A program made the position numbers and the translations under genes. From sequence record MN850603.1: a DNA stretch of 64,000 bases. One strand, written 5' to 3'. Within the stretch, counting starts at the first letter, position 1, and each line of letters begins with the position of its first letter. The notes under the pieces are model-generated. The model was not told the origin of the DNA. It was given only the letters and a program-made list of their open reading frames with translations, and did no database searches. This document shows, in pieces, positions 53,461 through 63,131 of the stretch. Source of the DNA: Escherichia phage pinkbiff.

Positions 53461-53986
53461 GATTTACCTTAGAAATGTTTGTTGCAAATTCACATTGAGC
53501 GATGACTTTCATATTGTTATAGACATCTTGAGAGTATTTCTTAGCTTTAGGAATTTTGTATGAATACCCAGCATTGTATGATGCTAAAACTTTTTGTAAA
53601 GTCTTCTTTGACTTTGGTTGACCGTGTACCTTAGTCCAAAATTCAAGCTCTTTGTGTGTTTCCTTTGCAGCATAGTCAAAATCTTTTAAGAGTTTCTTTT
53701 TAGCCACATTAGGACTGATTTTGTTACGCTTTACAACAGTCTTCAAGTGATTCTGGAAGATACCATAATCATGTGTCTTTTTATTCTCTACCTTCAGACC
53801 TAACCCTGACTCTTGTAAGGCTATAGCAGCTAGAGTGATACCCCAACCTTTACCCATGTTATTCTCACCATACTGGTAAGCTTTTAACATGTTTACTTTT
53901 TGGCTAATTGATAGCTCTGGGCAGTCAACTGCATAAGATAAGTGTGCTGTAAACATTAAGCACAAACCTAGAATCAATTTCTTCAT
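53438..53986 (-). CDS. secreted lytic transglycosylase-like protein (SLT/lysozyme-like domain)
   Basis: 182 aa; signal peptide MKKLILGLCLMFTAHLSYA; AAIALQESGLG ... YGIFQ resembles the SLT catalytic-Glu region. Confidence 0.5.
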   Translation of the reverse strand: MKKLILGLCLMFTAHLSYAVDCPELSISQKVNMLKAYQYGENNMGKGWGITLAAIALQESGLGLKVENKKTHDYGIFQNHLKTVVKRNKISPNVAKKKLLKDFDYAAKETHKELEFWTKVHGQPKSKKTLQKVLASYNAGYSYKIPKAKKYSQDVYNNMKVIAQCEFATNISKVNHEKIKKV

Positions 53987-54045
53987 TGGTTCTCCTGTTT
54001 AGTTTATCGTGACAACAATTATACAGCACTCTGCACAAAATACAA

Positions 54046-54078
54046 ATAAAAAAGGCCGCCGAAGCAGCCTTTTAAGAA
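54046..54078 (-). terminator. rho-independent terminator after rIIB-like gene
   Basis: GC-rich hairpin (GGCTGC ttcg GCGGCC) followed by U-run on minus strand. Confidence 0.45.
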
Positions 54079-54086
54079 ATTACTTA

Positions 54087-55196
54087 TTAGATTTCACGTT
54101 TACGTTGGGAGATTAGTTCACCAGCAGTGCCAACGATGATATGCAAAGCTTCAGTCTTGCCATCCCATTCTTTCAGCACTTTACGTTGATTATCAACGAT
54201 TGCTGCAACTTCATAACGAGACGAACGCATCTTCATATCGTTGTAATCAGTTGGAACAGATACAACATCTCGTGGATGGACACGAACCTTCAGGATTGTA
54301 TCACCTGAGAAGCAACGAACATAATCCCAAGCACCAACGTGAAGACCCTGAGAGCAAGTCACGTTACGGTTATTATCAACCATCCAACGTGGCATTTCTA
54401 CAATGTTACCCAAATCATTAGGTACTCTGTAGGTGTGGGAGTCAACCAGCTTGCCTTCATGAGTAGAGACTTTCTTCCAACCAATGATGTAGCCTTCTTC
54501 ATCAATTTCAACATCAAGGTGAGATACGAATCCCCAAAGTTGTTCTACAGAATCTTTAGATGGGTTTTCCATCAGTTTTTCGAAGAACATCACAAGGCGT
54601 TCAAAACCCTTATCTCCAGTCTTCATCATGTGAAGAATACGGTCAACCAGAGTAGAACGCATCTCAACAGCACCGTAGAATAACTTGTCACCTTTGATGG
54701 TGATAGCACCCTGAGTGAAGTTTTCGATAGACTTACGAATGTTCATCAGTTCGAAAGCTTTCTTATACTCACCTGATACAACAGCCATCACGATTTCTTT
54801 GTAGTTCGGATGGGTAGATTCAACGATTTCAGAATCTGCACCGAAAGTCATGATAACAGAGTCGCCAGTAATCATGTACTCAATCTGGTTGCCATTCTGC
54901 ATAGCTTCATGCAGTTTATTTACCGGAGCTTTCTGTACAGGCTCTTTAACAACCTTTTCAACTGGTTTGTCAGCTTTCTTTTTAACTGATTTAGCAACTT
55001 GCTTCAAAGTCTTCGTAGCTGGTTTAGAAGCTACCTTTTTCTTACCTTTTAAGGTTGCTTCATGACGCTCTACAGCACGACCAACTGAACGGGTTGAAGT
55101 ATTGAACTTCTGTGCAATAGCTGTTTTAGTCAGCTTACCTTCTTTAACCAGTTCGTAAATTTCTGCGTCAATCTGTGCTTTAGTTTTAGTAGTCAT
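54087..55196 (-). CDS. rIIB: rIIB-like protein
   Basis: 369 aa immediately downstream of rIIA-like gene; call rests on gene order. Confidence 0.5.
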   Translation of the reverse strand: MTTKTKAQIDAEIYELVKEGKLTKTAIAQKFNTSTRSVGRAVERHEATLKGKKKVASKPATKTLKQVAKSVKKKADKPVEKVVKEPVQKAPVNKLHEAMQNGNQIEYMITGDSVIMTFGADSEIVESTHPNYKEIVMAVVSGEYKKAFELMNIRKSIENFTQGAITIKGDKLFYGAVEMRSTLVDRILHMMKTGDKGFERLVMFFEKLMENPSKDSVEQLWGFVSHLDVEIDEEGYIIGWKKVSTHEGKLVDSHTYRVPNDLGNIVEMPRWMVDNNRNVTCSQGLHVGAWDYVRCFSGDTILKVRVHPRDVVSVPTDYNDMKMRSSRYEVAAIVDNQRKVLKEWDGKTEALHIIVGTAGELISQRKREI

Positions 55197-55275
55197 CTTA
55201 TTACTCTCTCTTGTTAGTTAATAAATCATTTTGTAAGGCTATTCTAAGGGGCTTCGAAGCCCCTTGTCAAACACT

Positions 55276-57642
55276 TTAATCGTAAATTGTAGTTCCTTCT
55301 GGAACACACTTCACATCAAAACCTAAGAACTTACTCACTTCGATGGGTGACACTTTATTCCAATCTAAATGAGAAAGCAAGAAGTTTTCTTGTTTTCTTT
55401 TTGAAAGATAGTTTGTCAGTTTGATAACCATGCGGTCACCCGCTTTCTTAATCTTTTTGTACAGTTTTGTATCATTGTCAAGGCATGACTTCAAATCCTG
55501 AAGAACACTGATAGTGTAAGTGTATGCAAACGGTGCAGCAACGTATTGGATTTTACCAAACATTGCCTCTACAGCCTCTTCATTACCTTCTAGGAAGATA
55601 GTTTTGTTTGTGTCTCGTGAATAGCAATAACCACGAGAAATCTTCCTGTTATTGAACGTAAAGTTTCTGGCAATAATCCAACTGCTTGTCAGGTCTAGGA
55701 CACCATTCATATAGATACGTGTCATATACCTGTTGTGATTAATCCAGTGAACATCAGTTAAGCTGTCATTCAAGAGCTTCTCATCTACTTCAATCCAGTC
55801 TTCTGGTATCTTTTTCCAATTTGCTTTTCGGAAAACATAGACTGTCTTCCCTATAACATTAGCAACTGACTTAGCTACATCTTCTGGAGATGAGCAAAAA
55901 CATTTGCCATCAACTGTGTCGCCTACTGCCTTAATGTAAAGCTGAGGTTCCTCAATTGTGTCTAAGTCTTCTGACACCTCTGTGTATGAGGCTACAGACT
56001 CTGCTGGAACTGCTTTCCAGAGTTTTACAACACCCCTCACAGCTTCTTTACGCTGATAATGGTGTTCCTTATCAGACATCTTCACAATCTTTAACAAACT
56101 TTTATCAAGTTTATGTAGGTTGATTAAATCATCTAACTCTTTTTCAGTCGAGAATACAAACACAATACCATTGTATCTGTGGAACAGGCTTGACTCGTTA
56201 GCGTAGTCTCGACATGCACCACGCAGAATCTGATTGCGGCCTACAGTCTTCTCAGTGCCATTTTTATTACGACGGTCATTAATCACGAACAAAAACTGTT
56301 CAATTTGGCTTTTACGCATTGCACCAAAGATATTGAACATACTTGCCTCTTGAGTGTAGGAAAGTGCTGTTGCACGAATCTTACTCTCTAAAGAGTTGAA
56401 CTTGACATAAGCAACTGGATTATAAAGATAATCCACTTTAGGGATATTGTTCCCGTTCCTATCAACCTTGATATTACCTTTACCGTCACGTTCATAAATG
56501 ACTGAGCCGTCTTCTGCGTAGATAATCCCACGACGAATGTTTAGTAATTCTTCTTCCAGAGAATCAAGCTTAACACCTCCCCACTCTAGCTTTGGACACA
56601 CAGCATTAAACATCTCTCGTGAGTTCAAACGTAACTCAGCATAAGCCTGTGCAGCATCCATGAGTGTAGGTTGGCTATTAACTTTCTTGATAACATCCTT
56701 TGTAATTGCTTCAGTTATCTTTTTAGTAGCCTCAATGATAACATTTTTTGTCGTATCATTCATCTGCAATGCTTCACGAGAAGCTGCAATAGCAACTGAG
56801 CCAATAGGCATGTAGATGTTTACAAGGTCTACGCTCCTACGGAAAAATTCTGGCAAGACTTTGAAGAAATCATCACCAAGTAATGCTTCCATGTTAACAG
56901 GGTATGCAATGTTACCCATCACCACATTAAACTCTGTCCTGTTACCACTAGAACGCCAGCTTTGCTTATGAATCATGGCATCATAAACACCTTCTTCACG
57001 GGCAATGACGTTCATATCTGCTAATACATCGTCATACTCGATATTGCTTTCTGGTTTTACAGCAAAGTATGAGTATACGTGACCAGCTTCTTCAAAGAAT
57101 TTTGAGATACGATGGTCAGCAACTGCTACACGTACAGCTAAGCCATTAGGTTCCTTTGTTGGGTTGGTAGTCAGCTTAGTCACTTGAGGAATACCATTCT
57201 CAAGATAAACAGAGTACTTATTAACAACACCGTCAACATAGCTAGACACTGTGAATGACTGAGCAATTGCAAATGGAGATTTTGAGCCGATACCCATTGC
57301 ACCAATGTAATCATTAGAGTCATTCTTCGTAGAAGCCCCGTAGTTTAGGTACAAACTCATAACTTTATCATGAGTCAATCCAGTTCCAAAATCACGGACT
57401 TCAAAGTAAGGCTCAAAACGAGTAGGTAAATGCACATGGAACGGGATATTCTCTTTTCCAGCTTCTTTCTGAGCATCTACTGCGTTACATGACAGTTCAC
57501 GAATCACTGCCCTTTCTTTAAAGGTATATACACCAGAACTCAGAAGGCTGAACATTTCAGGTGTCATTGTAATCTGTGCTTGAGACGTCTCTAAAGAAGT
57601 TGAACTCTTAATCACTTCTGCGTGGTCGTTTACCATGCGCAT
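55276..57642 (-). CDS. rIIA: rIIA-like protein (GHKL ATPase-like N-terminus)
   Basis: 788 aa; N-terminal MTPEMFSLLSSGVYTFKERAVIRELSCNAVDAQ ... VRDFGTGL ... YIGAMGIGSKSPF parallels T4 rIIA. Confidence 0.75.
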   Translation of the reverse strand: MRMVNDHAEVIKSSTSLETSQAQITMTPEMFSLLSSGVYTFKERAVIRELSCNAVDAQKEAGKENIPFHVHLPTRFEPYFEVRDFGTGLTHDKVMSLYLNYGASTKNDSNDYIGAMGIGSKSPFAIAQSFTVSSYVDGVVNKYSVYLENGIPQVTKLTTNPTKEPNGLAVRVAVADHRISKFFEEAGHVYSYFAVKPESNIEYDDVLADMNVIAREEGVYDAMIHKQSWRSSGNRTEFNVVMGNIAYPVNMEALLGDDFFKVLPEFFRRSVDLVNIYMPIGSVAIAASREALQMNDTTKNVIIEATKKITEAITKDVIKKVNSQPTLMDAAQAYAELRLNSREMFNAVCPKLEWGGVKLDSLEEELLNIRRGIIYAEDGSVIYERDGKGNIKVDRNGNNIPKVDYLYNPVAYVKFNSLESKIRATALSYTQEASMFNIFGAMRKSQIEQFLFVINDRRNKNGTEKTVGRNQILRGACRDYANESSLFHRYNGIVFVFSTEKELDDLINLHKLDKSLLKIVKMSDKEHHYQRKEAVRGVVKLWKAVPAESVASYTEVSEDLDTIEEPQLYIKAVGDTVDGKCFCSSPEDVAKSVANVIGKTVYVFRKANWKKIPEDWIEVDEKLLNDSLTDVHWINHNRYMTRIYMNGVLDLTSSWIIARNFTFNNRKISRGYCYSRDTNKTIFLEGNEEAVEAMFGKIQYVAAPFAYTYTISVLQDLKSCLDNDTKLYKKIKKAGDRMVIKLTNYLSKRKQENFLLSHLDWNKVSPIEVSKFLGFDVKCVPEGTTIYD

Positions 57643-57670
57643 AATACTTTCCTCTCAGTTTACTGTTAAA

Positions 57671-57847
57671 TTACTTATTAAACATTTTACCAGAACCACC
57701 ACACATAGGGCAACATCCTGCCCTTGTGTACCCCTCTCCATTACAGTAGTCACATTTTTTGTGCTCTGCAAAGTACTTACAAAGGAGGTAAACAAATACT
57801 GCTACACTACCAAGTGACAGTAAAATTTCTATCCAATATGCTTGCAT
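57671..57847 (-). CDS. small membrane zinc-ribbon protein (below ORF-track cutoff)
   Basis: 58 codons read by hand: MQAYWIEILLSLGSVAVFVYLLCKYFAEHKKCDYCNGEGYTRAGCCPMCGGSGKMFNK; hydrophobic N-terminus plus CxxC..CxxC. Confidence 0.3.
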   Translation of the reverse strand: MQAYWIEILLSLGSVAVFVYLLCKYFAEHKKCDYCNGEGYTRAGCCPMCGGSGKMFNK

Positions 57848-58164
57848 GACTCACCTCTCATATTCTTGTAAAGGATAAAGCTTCTGTCATGGACAATACT
57901 TGTAGACACTGCAAAGTTACTTTCAAGCATCTGTTTGTTTGGATTGTAGAAGCTCTCTTTAAACTCGTCAAGTGCAAATTGGTGATGTTGCGGAAGACCT
58001 TTTACGCAGACCTTTATTGTGATTGCTGCTGCGACCTTGCCAGTCAGTTCTTCTTTAGCTGCTACCAAGATTTTGTTAAGGAACTTATGACCATCTTCAG
58101 GCTTCTTGATGTTCTCCCAACGTTCTTCTAAGACAATGTTGATGTTCATCTCTTTGATTTTCAT
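57829..58164 (-). CDS. hypothetical protein
   Basis: 111 aa; ORF track. Confidence 0.45.
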   Translation of the reverse strand: MKIKEMNINIVLEERWENIKKPEDGHKFLNKILVAAKEELTGKVAAAITIKVCVKGLPQHHQFALDEFKESFYNPNKQMLESNFAVSTSIVHDRSFILYKNMRGESCKHIG

Positions 58165-58169
58165 AGTTT

Positions 58170-58200
58170 TCTCCAGAAATTAAAAAGGCTCCCGTAGGAG
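58170..58200 (-). terminator. rho-independent terminator after NAMPT-like gene
   Basis: minus-strand hairpin GGCTCCtacgGGAGCC followed by U5. Confidence 0.55.
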
Positions 58201-58217
58201 CCTCTTATCATATACTT

Positions 58218-59999
58218 TTAAAGCTGCTTGTCAATATTATTTCGAATATCCCCAAGAGTTGTGTAACCGAACTGCTCAGAGTCACTAAAGACTAAACGTA
58301 AGGCACAAGCTGGGTGGTCAAGTGCATCTGCAAAACTCTGGAATCCATAGCCATCTACAGCTTTCAGCTTATCACCATCCCACATGGGTGCTACACCACC
58401 AAAAGCAGATTTCTTAACACCACTATCTGTTTTAGGGTCTTTTGCAAGCATAATCTCTTTACCACCAATGCTTGCAAGAGTTGCTTTGACAGCAAATGCA
58501 AAGGTGTCACGAGTCATGTACTGGTAAGTGTAAGAACCTACACCAAACACTACGTTAGAGCTTGCAAAACCCATTTCATACAGACGCTTCAGGATTTCGT
58601 TTGCACGTTCCAGCGTGATAGAGTCACCATAGATAAGTCCGATATGCTCATCCAGTACCTTAAACCCTTTAGAGTTAATAGTTCCCCCAAAGATGTTGTA
58701 CAGTGTCTTAATAGCTCCATCAATCTCAGCTACAGGACGTGTTACAACGTTTGCAGAACCAACCATATAAGTGTTTTTCAACAGCACTGTATCAGCAACT
58801 TCAAAGTCTTCTCTGTCAACAACCATTTCGTAGCCTTCTGACAGTAGCCATCCAGCAATACCATAATTGATGTTTTCAAGCTTCATGTTCAGAACAGCAT
58901 TCAACATTGTGTCGCTGGCTTCAAGCTTGCTTAAGTGTTCGTAATAAGCCTTTTTAGCACATTCTAAGTGGATTGCTTTATAACCTGTGACAATATGTAC
59001 AGGGTCTCCAGAGTCAGGACGAATTACCAGTTTGCCATCACGTTCCATAATTTCTTTACGAAGTGCTGGTAAAATTTCTGACACAGTTCTCCAGAAGTTA
59101 TAAGTGTCTGAAACAACACTTGCAATACCAGTTGGGTAAGTTTCTGTTAAGAAACGACGGAAGGTTTGTAACTCACCTTTAAAGCGTCTTTCTTCTTCAA
59201 TCAACTCATTACCACCTTCCCAAGCAATGTTTGCACACATTACAGAATGTTCCGTGGCTGGTACAGAACTGCCAATATCAGAGATTGGGTAAGACTGCCC
59301 ATAGATTCGTTTAGCCGTGTATACAGCAGGGAAGCTATCAGTTCCTTTAAAGCTGGTTAAGTGGCCTACAGCATTGAATGCGTCATCAGTAAAGCCTGAC
59401 ATACCACGCATAGCAAAGTCATGGCACTGATAAGGTAAATGCAAGTCATTGTCACAAGTAAGGTCAGCCCACTTCTTACAGATACGCTTGTAGTGCAATG
59501 CAATAGTAGCAATGGTGCAAGCTTTCCAAATCTCAGCAGAGAAAGCATCCTCCAGATACCCTGCTACCCAATGGAAACCTGAAACAGTGTTCTGGAAGAC
59601 AATCATTGGGACACGCATCGGGACAACTGTGCCTTCTTCTACAGCGTATACTTCAACTGGTAGATAACCTAAGTCGTGAAGTGCTTCCCAATGCTCTCGA
59701 CCGATAGCATCTTTACCCAGAACACCATTCATAACTTCTAAGATTTTGTCAATTGCTTCTTTTTTATCACGTTCAAAGAAAGTGGCGTTCCAGTGGTCTA
59801 TCAAGTAATCTTTAACAAAACGTTGAATACCAAAAGCCACTACACCATCAATTGCTAAGGGGCTGTTAAACCATTTATCACTACGTGGTGTCAGGTTCAA
59901 CATAAGATATTGCGTAGCATCTGGATACTGATATATATGTGATGCCTTGTAAGCATCTGCATTAAGACCTGCTGGTACTGCGTAAAGTGACTTACTCAT
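58218..59999 (-). CDS. nadV: nicotinamide phosphoribosyltransferase-family protein (NadV/NAMPT-like; possibly Namat-type)
   Basis: 593 aa; type II phosphoribosyltransferase features of the NAMPT family; near a Prs-family gene. Confidence 0.75.
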   Translation of the reverse strand: MSKSLYAVPAGLNADAYKASHIYQYPDATQYLMLNLTPRSDKWFNSPLAIDGVVAFGIQRFVKDYLIDHWNATFFERDKKEAIDKILEVMNGVLGKDAIGREHWEALHDLGYLPVEVYAVEEGTVVPMRVPMIVFQNTVSGFHWVAGYLEDAFSAEIWKACTIATIALHYKRICKKWADLTCDNDLHLPYQCHDFAMRGMSGFTDDAFNAVGHLTSFKGTDSFPAVYTAKRIYGQSYPISDIGSSVPATEHSVMCANIAWEGGNELIEEERRFKGELQTFRRFLTETYPTGIASVVSDTYNFWRTVSEILPALRKEIMERDGKLVIRPDSGDPVHIVTGYKAIHLECAKKAYYEHLSKLEASDTMLNAVLNMKLENINYGIAGWLLSEGYEMVVDREDFEVADTVLLKNTYMVGSANVVTRPVAEIDGAIKTLYNIFGGTINSKGFKVLDEHIGLIYGDSITLERANEILKRLYEMGFASSNVVFGVGSYTYQYMTRDTFAFAVKATLASIGGKEIMLAKDPKTDSGVKKSAFGGVAPMWDGDKLKAVDGYGFQSFADALDHPACALRLVFSDSEQFGYTTLGDIRNNIDKQL

Positions 60000-60013
60000 A
60001 TTTTATCTCTCTC

Positions 60014-60505
60014 TTAGTTATGTCTTGCAAACTCACCATGAAGTTCTATTCGCTTTTTAATTACAGCTTCTTTTGCTTCTTCTACCGTTTTAAATCTTCC
60101 ACAAAAGTATTCTTTATGGTAAAGCATGACTCTTGCTTTGTAAAGACCTGTTTGTTTACAAAAACTTACACCCTTCACACCAGTTTTATTATTCTTGTAT
60201 ATACCCCTATTCCTCTGATTTTGTGACTTTGTGCTAAGTCTTAAATTCTCCAACTTATTATTAGATTTATCAAGGTCTATGTGGTCTATCTCATATCCAC
60301 TTGGTATCTCACCTCCAGACATAATCCATGCAATATTATGTGCATAGTACCTCTTCTTATTTATCTGGACTTGGATATAACCCTTCTTAGACCTTGTGCC
60401 AGCAACATTACCAGCAATAGCGGTATTGCAAAGGGTTACTTTCCAAATTAGTAAACCTGTCTCCGGTTCGTATATTAGGTATTTTTCGAAGTAACCCTTA
60501 TCCAT
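60014..60505 (-). CDS. HNH homing endonuclease with AP2 DNA-binding domain
   Basis: 163 aa; HNH_3-type core (GYEIDHIDLDKSNNKLENLRLSTKSQN) followed by AP2-like segment (GVKGVSF..GLYKARV..GRFKTVEEA); inserted between nadV-like and prs-like genes. Confidence 0.7.
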   Translation of the reverse strand: MDKGYFEKYLIYEPETGLLIWKVTLCNTAIAGNVAGTRSKKGYIQVQINKKRYYAHNIAWIMSGGEIPSGYEIDHIDLDKSNNKLENLRLSTKSQNQRNRGIYKNNKTGVKGVSFCKQTGLYKARVMLYHKEYFCGRFKTVEEAKEAVIKKRIELHGEFARHN

Positions 60506-60513
60506 TTTAATAC

Positions 60514-61410
60514 CTAATCCAAATTTGCTACAGTAACTTGACCATAATGTGTTAAGCCACGGTCTTTAGCTTCGCCTAAAGAGTTTGTAGTGTAAATATG
60601 GTCGATACCATTGTCAAGAAGGTTTTCAACATCTTTAGAGAAGATACCATGTGTTACATAAAGTTCCACACGTTTTGCACCTGCTTCACGAAGATGCTTA
60701 GCTGCTTCTATGAAGGTTCGACCACCATCACAGATATCATCCAGAATCATGACGGTTTTATCTGTCAAATCAACATCATCAAGGATTCGCATACCAGTAA
60801 TTTCACCAGTCTTAAGGTTACGCACCTTAGACATTGTGATATATGGTTTATCCACCTCTTTAGCGGTCTCTGCAACCTTCTTAGCAGCACCTGCATCTGG
60901 GGCTACTAAGTAATCAACCAGTGGGTCATTTGCATAGTGGACTGCAATCTCCTTTTGAGGAATACTCTGGAAGCAGTTAAACAGGTTATCTGGTACATAG
61001 CTGTGAGGGTCAACTGCACAGACTGCACCAAACCCCATTGCATTAACCTGTTTAGCAAAAACCTTCAAAGCTGCTGCATCACCTTTAAACATGTGACGGT
61101 CATATCGTGCATTTGGTAAGTAGTAAAAGATGACAGTCTTTAAGGCATAATCATGAGGAATCAAATCATCAATTGCTTCTTTAGCAAGTGCCACAGCAAA
61201 CAATGTGTCCTTGTCGTAGCCTTTTACAATCATAACCACATTGTTAATGGAGGATGCTGCATAAGCAGTAAAATCAACTAGCTCTTGTGAAAAGTGTCCA
61301 CCAATCTCACCAGAAGGGAATTGAATGATGTTAAACTCTTCTTCATGAGTTCCTTTAGTTGGTGAATGAATTGTAACACGGATAGATGTTTTCATAGTTT
61401 TCTCTCTCAA
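60514..61410 (-). CDS. prs: ribose-phosphate pyrophosphokinase-family protein (Prs-like; possibly Adps-type)
   Basis: 298 aa; PRPP-binding loop VMILDDICDGGRTF and overall Prs-like layout. Confidence 0.75.
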   Translation of the reverse strand: MREKTMKTSIRVTIHSPTKGTHEEEFNIIQFPSGEIGGHFSQELVDFTAYAASSINNVVMIVKGYDKDTLFAVALAKEAIDDLIPHDYALKTVIFYYLPNARYDRHMFKGDAAALKVFAKQVNAMGFGAVCAVDPHSYVPDNLFNCFQSIPQKEIAVHYANDPLVDYLVAPDAGAAKKVAETAKEVDKPYITMSKVRNLKTGEITGMRILDDVDLTDKTVMILDDICDGGRTFIEAAKHLREAGAKRVELYVTHGIFSKDVENLLDNGIDHIYTTNSLGEAKDRGLTHYGQVTVANLD

Positions 61411-61685
61411 TCAAAAGTTACGTTTGTTACTGCCATTGCAGATTTGCATTTTACAGGGTCTACAACGTGATAAAGTACACTACAGTTACCTGTGCTGTCT
61501 GGCACAGGCTTTACCCATTGCTGCTTGACAGTTGGTTCTCCTAAGTCTTTGCAGGAACCATCTGTATAATTATTTACCATCTCAAGTGCAATTGGCTCTG
61601 GAATATGACCACGTATCATGTACATTTCACAACCATTGCCGCCTTCACTGAGTAATGGTAAAATCTCCCACTTTTCTTTAGCCAT
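61407..61685 (-). CDS. hypothetical protein
   Basis: 92 aa; ORF track. Confidence 0.4.
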   Translation of the reverse strand: MAKEKWEILPLLSEGGNGCEMYMIRGHIPEPIALEMVNNYTDGSCKDLGEPTVKQQWVKPVPDSTGNCSVLYHVVDPVKCKSAMAVTNVTFD

Positions 61686-62193
61686 TATAAGTTGCCCTAT
61701 AAACTGTCTCGAACTTCAACAGGAGAGATATTGCCAAATCTGTATAGTTGTTGTCAAGCACATCTGGCATATTATTTTTGATATATTTCTCTTGCTCTTC
61801 GTAGGTCATCTTAGGGGTAATTAAAAGACTATCCCCTTGCTTCTGGTTATCAAGTTTAGTCTGGATAAACCAGTTTGCACAGTGATGCTCACCACCCTTT
61901 GTAACAGGTTTGTGGTGTCCTAATGTGAAGGATTGACTACCTGTGTATCTGCAAAGTTTATTGAGTATTGTAATGGTGTTCTTCACAACAAAACATTCAT
62001 ACAGGTTATCTACGGTGTAGTGTGGGTAATACCGGAATAATGCTCTTTCACGGGAACTCTCACGATTCCAGAGAATCATGTGATTGGAGTTAGAAGGGTC
62101 GTATTGGTGGGAATCAATGAACTCTTGACGTTCCTCAAAGCTGAGTCTTAGAACTGACATTGCAGCCGAACGTTTTAGGTTTGATAGATACAT
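61678..62193 (-). CDS. hypothetical protein (possible His-Me finger/HNH-like nuclease)
   Basis: 171 aa; segment GHHKPVTKGGEHHCANW resembles an HNH core; weak. Confidence 0.35.
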   Translation of the reverse strand: MYLSNLKRSAAMSVLRLSFEERQEFIDSHQYDPSNSNHMILWNRESSRERALFRYYPHYTVDNLYECFVVKNTITILNKLCRYTGSQSFTLGHHKPVTKGGEHHCANWFIQTKLDNQKQGDSLLITPKMTYEEQEKYIKNNMPDVLDNNYTDLAISLLLKFETVYRATYNG

Positions 62194-62244
62194 ATCATCT
62201 CCAAAATAAAAAGGGAACCTTTACAGTTCCCTTATAGTATCTGT

Positions 62245-62565
62245 TTACTGAGCTACTTTCAAGATACTTGTGAATGAAATCTCACTCTCATCCATAAACT
62301 CTTTTGCTTCTCCTGTAACTTTTACAAAGTTATCTAGGCAGATAATCTTCTTATCTTTCTTGCTGTAGGTTAGCTTGACCTTTTCAATATCTTTCTTAGA
62401 GTTTTTCTCTTCATTAAAGAGCTTCACAGCCTCTTTAAATGGTAGGTATGAACCATCATCATCGCTAATAAAACCTGTGCCACAATAGTAGAAGTTGTAT
62501 TCTTTAGCCATAAACTGGCACAGTACGAAAATCTGTAATTTGCGAGTGTTATAAACTTTGCTCAT
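62245..62565 (-). CDS. hypothetical protein
   Basis: 106 aa; ORF track. Confidence 0.4.
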   Translation of the reverse strand: MSKVYNTRKLQIFVLCQFMAKEYNFYYCGTGFISDDDGSYLPFKEAVKLFNEEKNSKKDIEKVKLTYSKKDKKIICLDNFVKVTGEAKEFMDESEISFTSILKVAQ

Positions 62566-62567
62566 GA

Positions 62568-62825
62568 TTATTTAGCCTTCTTATTACGTTTACGGTTACG
62601 AGCTTTCTTAGCTGCTCGTTTAATAGCTGCTGCACCAGACGGACGGTGGGCTTGTTTCTTACCGCCTTTACCACGGCCTACATAGATACTTTTCATAATC
62701 TCATTAGCCAGCTTCTCATCCATCTTGAAGTTCTGCATAAGATGAGTCACATCAACCCCAGTGAGCATACCTAATGAGGCTAGTGCTGCTTTTACTTTTG
62801 ATTTAAAACTGTTCCAGATTCCCAT
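62568..62825 (-). CDS. hypothetical basic protein
   Basis: 85 aa; Lys/Arg-rich C-terminus. Confidence 0.4.
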   Translation of the reverse strand: MGIWNSFKSKVKAALASLGMLTGVDVTHLMQNFKMDEKLANEIMKSIYVGRGKGGKKQAHRPSGAAAIKRAAKKARNRKRNKKAK

Positions 62826-63094
62826 TTCGTATCTCTCTCAATCTTTTCACAAAATGTTTTAAGTTCTTCTTCAGTGACACCAACAAGACTGTCGCCAACG
62901 TTTAAATTTGTTTTGTAGAACATTGTGTAGTTACCTTTACCGACAACTTCAAATGTTCCAGCCTTCTCAATCTCTGCTAAGGCTTCCATTCCAACATTAC
63001 CGAAAAGTGAGTTTGTATACTTTCTCCATTCATCAAGGAGTTCGGTCTTAACTTTGTAAGTACCTAATAAAGCACTGTTAAAAGAAAGAACCAT
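62792..63094 (-). CDS. hypothetical protein
   Basis: ORF opens at 63250 overlapping NrdG by over 100 nt; ATG at 63094 (MVLSFNSALL) with AAGGTG RBS preferred; start uncertain. Confidence 0.4.
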   Translation of the reverse strand: MVLSFNSALLGTYKVKTELLDEWRKYTNSLFGNVGMEALAEIEKAGTFEVVGKGNYTMFYKTNLNVGDSLVGVTEEELKTFCEKIERDTKWESGTVLNQK

Positions 63095-63131
63095 TATTTC
63101 ACCTTTTCCGTAACCCACTTTACGACGAGAC

